DNA of 64,000 nucleotides from Octopus sinensis. Lineage: Eukaryota. Below the pieces are notes generated by a model. That model did no database searches. It was not told where the DNA came from and saw nothing but the letters and a program-made list of their open reading frames with translations. This document shows, one piece after another, positions 56,426 to 64,000 of this stretch. A program made the translations under genes and the position numbers. Location of the stretch: the NCBI RefSeq assembly GCF_006345805.1, contig NC_043013.1:37076001-37140000 (forward strand), written 5' to 3'. Position 1 is the first letter of the stretch. Each line of letters begins with the position of its first letter.

Positions 56426-57689
56426 TAATAATCAATGGAGTATAAATCAAGACATGTGTTGGTCAATATCTACACTATTTAATAGAATCAAAACTGTTGA
56501 CAAATGGTATACGCATAAGAATTACATGAGTTGTGGGTACCAAAGATCCCATGTAAAAGATAGTGACAATATTTGAATGTTTACACCAAGTTTACGTACT
56601 ACGCTATCTCGACTTATATACCGGAAAGTACATCATGTGTGCTTGTTCGTCAGTACAGGGTAACTACGCAAATTGAGGTATCCCTATTACAAAGTACCAG
56701 ATCCTTCACGATTGTTTTATAACCGCCGTAATTTTTCCTAAACTGTTGTGGCAATTAATGTAGCTATTTTCTTTTGTCAGGGTGTTAGACACTCGTAGAG
56801 AGTTTTCACCCATCGCAGTAAAATATCAAAAGATACATTAAAAAAATTATTTCATTCCTATTATGTAAATTATGAAATATGTCTACCAAAATAATCTGAT
56901 TCAATTAAAGATAATTGCAATTGCTTTTGTATAAATTTCAGTGTGTGCATCGATATACCAAATGTTGTTCTTTCTTCTAATGATTTGTTTAGTAGTGCTC
57001 GTATTACGCATTCATAATTACATGATGTGTCTAGTCATGGTCATGCAATTTAAATTCCATATGGAACGAAAAAATGTATACATCTATATTATCAACAGAT
57101 GGCGACGTTTGTCTTATTACTTTGTCGTCAACGCGGATAATTGATGGCAATAAACCACACGTATGGTTTACAAAATGGTAATTTAGAAAGCGGGAGCAAT
57201 AAAAATGAAAGATGCAACAAGATGAAAACCAAAAAAAATGTAGTGATTGAAAGAAAGATGAGTTAAAGATACGAAAAATTTAAGAAGAAATTGAAAGGCG
57301 CAGAAAAAAGTATTAGAAAGTGTAAGAATAAATATGAAAATAAAAACAGAACAGAATTTAATGAATAGATGAGAAAGGTATACAAAAAAAAAACAAACAA
57401 AAAAACAATCAAATAATATTAAAAAAATATTGAAGTGAAAGAATACAATAAATAAAAAAAAATAATAAGAAATAAAATAAAATGACGGAAATAAATGAGG
57501 AAAGATAAAATTAATTGAATGACGGAAGATGGGTTAAGAGAAATGAAGATTGTAAAACTGAAAATGTGAAAGAAATATAGCCGAACGAAAGAAAATAAGA
57601 AGTTGAGAATGAAAATGACAATGAAAATAAGAAAAAGATGTCAATAATTAGAAAATGATAATGGAGACAATATACTGACAGCATCAACA

Positions 57690-57718
57690 ATAGTAGTAGC
57701 AACAGCAGCACCAGTAAT

Positions 57719-57789
<71 letters not shown>

Positions 57790-57802
57790 CAGCAGCAGTA
57801 GC

Positions 57803-57836
<34 letters not shown>

Positions 57837-57850
57837 AGTAGTAGTAGTAA
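57690..57850. repeat. (CAG)n/(TAG)n compound microsatellite
   Basis: Direct reading. Confidence 0.9.
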
Positions 57851-57934
57851 AAACATGAACAGTAAGAAAGGAAATGGAAAGGGCTGTGGTACAGGAAATA
57901 ATATCCATAACATTTCTAAATGATAGAATCCCTT

Positions 57935-58340
57935 GGGCATCGAGCAAAGTGCGATGCAGTGTGTTACGTTACAGTTCATTACATTCGGAGTTCAAATCTC
58001 ACCGAGGTCAACTTTACCTTTGATCCTTCCGGGACCAATAAAGTAAGAATCAGCTGAATAGCTAGGTCGATTAAATGGTTTACGCATCCCCTAAAGTTCA
58101 TGCTTTTGGCAAAAATTTAAAAGGATATTAATACGGCGAGCTTACAGTTATTGTAAACTCGGGAGCAAAATGATTAACGACTTTTCGTCCGTCCTTTCAT
58201 TCTTAGATCAAATTCTGGTGTAGTCGACGTTGACTTTAACTCTTTCGGGGTCGATGAAATATGTACGAGCTGAACACTCGTGTCGATAAATCGACTTAAT
58301 CCTTCCTTTGAAATTGATGACCTCGTACCAAAATTATTAT
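57935..58340 (+). mobile_element. Two diverged SINE family E copies
   Basis: GAGTTCAAATCTCACCGAGGTCAACTTTACCTTTGATCC and TTTCGGGGTCGATGAAAT..GTCGATAAATCGACTTAATCC. Confidence 0.6.
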
Positions 58341-58407
58341 TATTCTCAGCGGTACGCATATTATTATTATTATTATTGTTATTATTATTATCAGAGGTAC
58401 GCATATT

Positions 58408-58530
58408 GACAGCCACTAACGGACATGCTCAACTCGTTAAGGTCAAACAACTGACCAGCAAATCTGTAGTACTGAACAGAATATTTTCTGTAGCCCATTT
58501 TTTATACCAAGACAAAGCAGAGCACATGGT
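58408..58530. mobile_element. Same unclassified repeat as 1-258
   Basis: GACAGCCACTAACGGACATGCTCAACT...CTGTAGCCCATTTTTATACCAAGAC. Confidence 0.55.
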
Positions 58531-58640
58531 GATAGACACAGAAAGCAGCGAATATAAGGTTTCAGCCAGATGTTGTGGCCATGCAGTAACAACGGCCTTA
58601 GTGTGACATATTATTATTATCATTATTGTTGTTGTTGTTG

Positions 58641-58694
<54 letters not shown>

Positions 58695-58708
58695 GTAGTA
58701 GTAGTAGT

Positions 58709-58746
<38 letters not shown>

Positions 58747-58896
58747 CCAGGACGAAATCCTCAACGAAGATTTTTGCGAAAAGTTGAACAAATCTCGCCT
58801 GATCTGTCGGAGAAGTTATTGTCTGACATGGAATAAACAAAAATTTATATACGGCAATCCTTTGTAAAAATTGCCCGGCAACGACGGGTTATTCAG

Positions 58897-58946
<50 letters not shown>

Positions 58947-58976
58947 GTGTGGTGTGTGTGTGTATGTGTGTGTGTG

Positions 58977-59012
<36 letters not shown>

Positions 59013-59109
59013 AGCCAAACCTGAAAGCACAAAAAAAAAACACAACAACGCGAGGACGTGGAACAAATATAGTATTATTGGACGCTCGGGAAAGAAGGAA
59101 AAAGGGAGG

Positions 59110-59144
59110 GTTTAACGTTTCGAGCGGAACTCTTCGTCGGAAAC
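59110..59144 (-). ncRNA. Minimal type I hammerhead motif with a U4-to-C substitution
   Basis: Minus strand GTTT-CCGACGA-A-GAG-TTCCG-CTC-GAAA-C-GTT-AAAC. Stems I and II pair, and stem III is loopless. Confidence 0.55.
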
Positions 59145-59253
59145 ATAGGACAAGGAAAGATCCAGAGAAGGGAAGACAGAGGAAAAATAATCACCAACGG
59201 TACACACGCGGTCGCCAGGTTCATCCCACTGAGTGTCACATTGGGTAATTGTT

Positions 59254-59620
59254 TTCTACTATTGGTTCTGGCCGACTAAATCCAGAGGGGATTTGGCCGA
59301 CGGAAATTGAAAGAGACCTGTCGTATTCATACTTATGTATATGTATATGTATATGTGTATGTGTGTGTATGTATGTATGTATGAACGTATGCATGTATGT
59401 ATGTATGTGTGTATTCGTCTTTTTCCCACCCTTCCGCTTGACAATCTGTGTTAAAGTGTTTACTGCCCCTTAAGTTAGTTGTTAGACACTAGAAGCCTTT
59501 AAATTAGGTTATCAGACTTAAGCAGAAAATTACCAAGTTCGATTTTTTTCCACAAAAATTCCTGAAAGCAGTGTCCCAGCATGGCCAGAGTCATGTGACA
59601 GAAATAAAGAAAAGATAAAT
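59254..59620 (+). mobile_element. Diverged SINE family A
   Basis: GGATTTGGCCGACGGAAATTGAAAGA body, internal microsatellite, CCAGCATGGCCAGAGTC tail. Confidence 0.6.
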
Positions 59621-60149
59621 AGAAAAAGAAAAAAACGATGCAATCAAACACGTATGTCAGAGAGGGAGTGTTCTTGAGTCCTGCTTGGTTTATCCGTTAG
59701 ACGAGAGGTTTTATATTTCAATATTAATAACAGGTGTACAGTAGATATGATTCCACAAGTTTGGCATTTACTGGGTGTGCAACCCTACCCCACATTGCCA
59801 CCACCACCACCACCACCACCACCACCACCACCACCGCAACCACCATTGCTAGTGCTGCTCTTACTACTGCTAATATTAATAATACTAATAATAACAACAA
59901 CAACAATGGCAATGATAGTGAGTACGCTGGATACAATGGCGATGATAACATTACTGGGGGACAGGACAGCTGCAAATGACGTGGGGTGTAGCATTTAGCG
60001 ATTGCGTACGCAAATAGTTAAGAAGCATCTATAAGCGAAATAACTGCTTTCCGGAACAAACAGGAAACACATGCAAATATACATATCTAGGTACATTGCA
60101 CACATACATATGTACATACATACATGCATACATTTATGTATGTATATAA

Positions 60150-60186
<37 letters not shown>

Positions 60187-60254
60187 TTCATATATATATA
60201 ATATATATATATATATTACATATATACATATATACATTTATCTTGTGTATATAT

Positions 60255-60326
<72 letters not shown>

Positions 60327-60704
60327 ATTTATCTCTGTATATATATGCATTATATATAAATATAGTACGTTTAATATTTGTTGTGCATATCTAACTTAAT
60401 AGCAGCATCTGATAGGAGTTGCTAAACCTTAATAATTCAAGTTTTGTGGTATCATTCTCCATTCAAGTTGGAAGTTCTTGTTGAGTGAATTGTATCTGGT
60501 GTTCCTTGCATAAATCTTTCCAAATAAATATCACTGAAGCAAAATAACACCAAATATATAGTGCGTGTGTTTTTATTGGCTAAACTGGCAATATGACCAT
60601 TCCGAAATATAACAATATATAAATATATATATACTTATTTATATATACATTTATCTATATATATGTATATATATATGTATATATGTGTATATATATATTA
60701 TATA

Positions 60705-60735
<31 letters not shown>

Positions 60736-60909
60736 ATATATTATAATATATAATATATATATAATATATACACTTTATTTAAAAGGACAAAAAATACAAC
60801 AAAAACTGCTACTTTCCATTCGTATATATATATATATACAGACACACATTGACAGCCACTAGTAAGTTTGATAACTTAGATATATATTGTATCAAAGATT
60901 GGCTCAGGT

Positions 60910-62700
60910 CATATCTAACTTAATAGCAGCATCTGATAGGATTTGCTAAATCCTTAATAATTCAAGTTTTGTGGTATCATTCTCCATTCAAGTTGGAAGT
61001 TCTTGTTGAGTGAATTGTATCTGGTGTTCCTTGCATAAATCTTTCCAAATTCCGTTTTTATTTGATGGGATCATTTTCATTTTTGATTCGTTTTGGGACA
61101 ATGTTAAATAGATCATGACTTGTTGATGGTGTGGGGCGGAATTGTGCTGTAGTTTATGCGTTGGGTTCCTGAATTTTGTAGGGGGAGTACAGCAAGTGGT
61201 CCTAGCATTCAATAAATTCTGAAACTAATGTTAAGGTCGTTCGGACAATGCTGGCGGTATATTCTCCACATTGTGCAAATGATGTATATAGTTCAATGCG
61301 ACGCTGGGGAAAATAGAGTTTCAATGCTTTTTAGGCGGTTCCAATAACTGAGATCAGTCATGCCGTCAATTCTTCTAGTGATTGCCCTTTGGGTTGACTC
61401 AATTCTCGAAATGTCTTGTTTTGTTTGGGGAGGCCACTGAGGGCAGCAGTATTCTTGGGTGTTGCCATACGAAGCAGGAGAAAAGAGGAAAGAAGACACG
61501 AGCTATATCGACTTTAGTGTTGATATGGGCTCTGCAGCTGAGTTTGTTGTCAACAATTACTCCTAGCTATCTAATATTATTAGATACTGTTAGTGGTTCC
61601 CTTGGACGAAGAGAATATGGTTGTTTTAGCATGGGCTTTTTACAAATTACATCAGCTCAAACTTTCCCAACTTTAGTAGAATTTTGTTTTTATCTGCCAA
61701 TTGACGTATATAGCATGTAGATCAGACTGGAGTTAGGTTCGGTCTTCTTCGTTGATAATTTTCTGGAGCTTAGACCCATTGGCTAATATTTTCCTTTGCT
61801 GTGCTTGATGACGTTTGAAATGTCGTTTATATAAGACTATGAAGAGGAGAAGCGATCTCTATACAGTCCCCTGGGAGACACTGTTGATGACATTTACAGG
61901 GTTTGAGTAGATTCTACCGAACACAACATGTGTTCTGTTCTCAAGGAAATGCTCAATCCAGTGTAGACGTTTTCCACGGACCCCAAAATGTAACAATTTT
62001 GACAGTAGGGTATTGTGGTACACTCTGTCAAACGCTTTGCTGAAATCAAGGTATATGACATCAGAGTTCAAACCTGATCATTAGGCTTTAAGAGTGGTGT
62101 GTTAGACAATCCTTGCCACACTGAAAGCCATGATGGTTGGAATTTAGAAGATTGTGGCTCTCCAGGACGCTATCTATCCTTCATCTCACATTTTCAAACA
62201 ATTTTATATGGGAGGTAGGTGAGATTGGGGGATAGTTGACTGCAAGGGATCTGTTTCCCTGTTTGAAAACCGGGATGACAGACCGGGATAATAAAGGTTT
62301 CGGTATACAGCCGAAGTCTAAAGACTTTCTCCAGAATTTGGTGACAGAGACTGCAAGTTGGTGTCTAGATTCTGTTGAGTCTTTTTTTTTTTTAAATTCC
62401 GACAATGGTCGAGTGTGTGTCTGGATACTCTGTCATCAGGAATTTGACATGTAAAGATTGCTGCCAACAATGAAAGAGGGTAGCTATTCTGTGATGATCT
62501 TGGGAACAGTTTGGAGTAATTTGGTGGAGTGTGAGAGAAATTTAAACTCAGATAGATATGTGTCCATATTGCAGAAAGAACTCCTTCCAATCTACTGAAG
62601 TGATGAAATGTTTAAAGAAGACTCTTTATTTATGAAAGATAGGGCTCTTGGCACGCGGCTACAAAGACCCAAGGTGGATTGGAAGAGAATGACATTAAAA
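60910..62700 (-). pseudogene. Decayed CR1-group LINE ORF2 (RT and C-terminus) with 3' UTR
   Basis: VIPVFKQGNRSLAVNYPPISPTSHIKLFE, YLDFSKAFDRVYHNTLLSKLLHFGVRG..WIEHFL..SQG and EYCCPQW.PQTKQDISRIESTQR..LSYWNRLK are standard CR1/L2-group RT motifs. Frameshifted. Confidence 0.85.
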
Positions 62701-63080
62701 AGCTTCTATGACCAAGCTTGTCAGAAGGTATGTACCCTATTGAACATCTGAAGGGCATAAGGGACAGGATATTTCGTAAAAAGGACAAGAAAGTATCTTC
62801 AAAGCCGGATCTTTAAAAATTAATCTATCAAACTTGGCATTAAATGGCGCAAGAGCATATACGTCATCTGATGTCTTATGGGGTCCTTGCATCGAAGAAT
62901 GCAAAGGGCATGTCTACTAAATATTAGATATCCACTTTATAATAATTAATAAATAATTTGCATGCATTCTTTCAGACTTAAATATAACTTAACGATTATG
63001 AGGCTGTCTATTTATTTCTGCCATGTCTCTGTATATGTATGTATGTATGTATGTATGAATATGTCTACATACATATATAT

Positions 63081-63778
63081 CTGACCAGACGGATTCTTAG
63101 ATGGATTTTTAGGCAGCTGACCGGCTGGATTATTAGAACTTTTAGAACAAGAGACCAGGAAACCATGATGGTCATCCGGAGGACACAAGTTCTAAGCCAC
63201 TTTGACTATTGCTTTCAGCTATGGTCACCAATCAGTGTCAGATTAATCTCAGAACTCGAGGCAATCCAACGAAGTTACACGAAGAAGATAGCCGCTATGC
63301 AGCATATAAGCTATTGGGAAAGACTCAAGAGATTGAGACTTTATTCTTTAGAGCTTAGACGAGAAAGATATGCCATAATATACATCTGGAAGATCCTGGA
63401 AGGAGTTACACAAATACTGGAACTGGGCGCCACTGTATAGTGCCAAGGACTTCAAATTTGACATCAAGATGTAGGACAAGATACTGCAAAAGCCTGGGAT
63501 TCAGAGGTCAACATCTCCTCAATATCCTCCCGAAGGATCTGAGAGTCCTGCATGGGGTAGATGTAGGTGTCTTCAAAATAAAGCTGGATCCCTTCCTGTC
63601 AAGAGTCCCAGATAAACCAACCTTGCAGCAAGAGGTGCAGATGAGGAAAGCTGCATGAATACCTCTCATGCACCAAACGTCAATTCCTAAAAAGCATTTG
63701 TGAAGTAAAATTATGTAGCAACACCAAATGGCGGTGCCCCAGCATGGCCACAGCGCGTGAGCTGAAACTAGATAAAAT
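63081..63778 (+). pseudogene. 5'-truncated CR1-group LINE (ORF2 C-terminus and 3' UTR)
   Basis: LSHFDYCFQLWSP...ELEAIQRSYTK...ISYWERLKRLRLYSLELRRERYAIIYIWKILEG. Ends in GGCGGTGCCCCAGCATGGCC..CTGAAACTAGATAAAA. Confidence 0.85.
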
Positions 63779-64000
63779 ATAAATATATATATATATATAA
63801 ATATATATCTGTATATTGTATATGTGTGTGTGTATTTAGCTGTAAGTATGGTCGGCTAGCTTGTGTGTATCTGCTTAGGTGCATATACATAAGGATGCTA
63901 ATATGTTTGTATAGACGTATACGTGTACGGATAAATTAATAAAATTTCTTTCTGGTATTTTAAACGTTTAAATGCTGCCCGTAAGATAGACATTGTTTGC

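Noticed and set aside
56590-56656. CTGACGA...GAGA...GTA (minus strand)
   Set aside because: No stem I or stem II pairing and a GAAA mismatch; likely chance.

Overview
AT-rich, microsatellite-saturated eukaryotic DNA. The tRNA-derived SINE families and overall composition point to a cephalopod, most likely Octopus (inference). No host protein-coding gene could be supported; nearly all listed ORFs are translations of simple repeats. Recognisable content: many tRNA-derived SINE copies built from shuffled head, core and tail modules; decayed fragments of a Penelope-like element (GIY-YIG endonuclease), a mariner/Tc1 transposase, two RLE-type (R4/Dong-like) LINEs and two CR1-group LINEs. The most notable signal is a set of type I hammerhead ribozyme (HHR) motifs with self-complementary stem III, from several unrelated non-coding repeat families. 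Three sit in inverted repeats whose HHR sequences read outward. These are a ~1.5 kb near-perfect palindrome (44380-45889), a ~226 bp diverged palindrome (43799-44024) and a ~317 bp element with ~75 bp inverted ends (29012-29328). This suggests non-autonomous, Penelope/retrozyme-like foldback elements. All alignments and folds were done by eye, and an assembly artefact must be excluded for the large palindrome.
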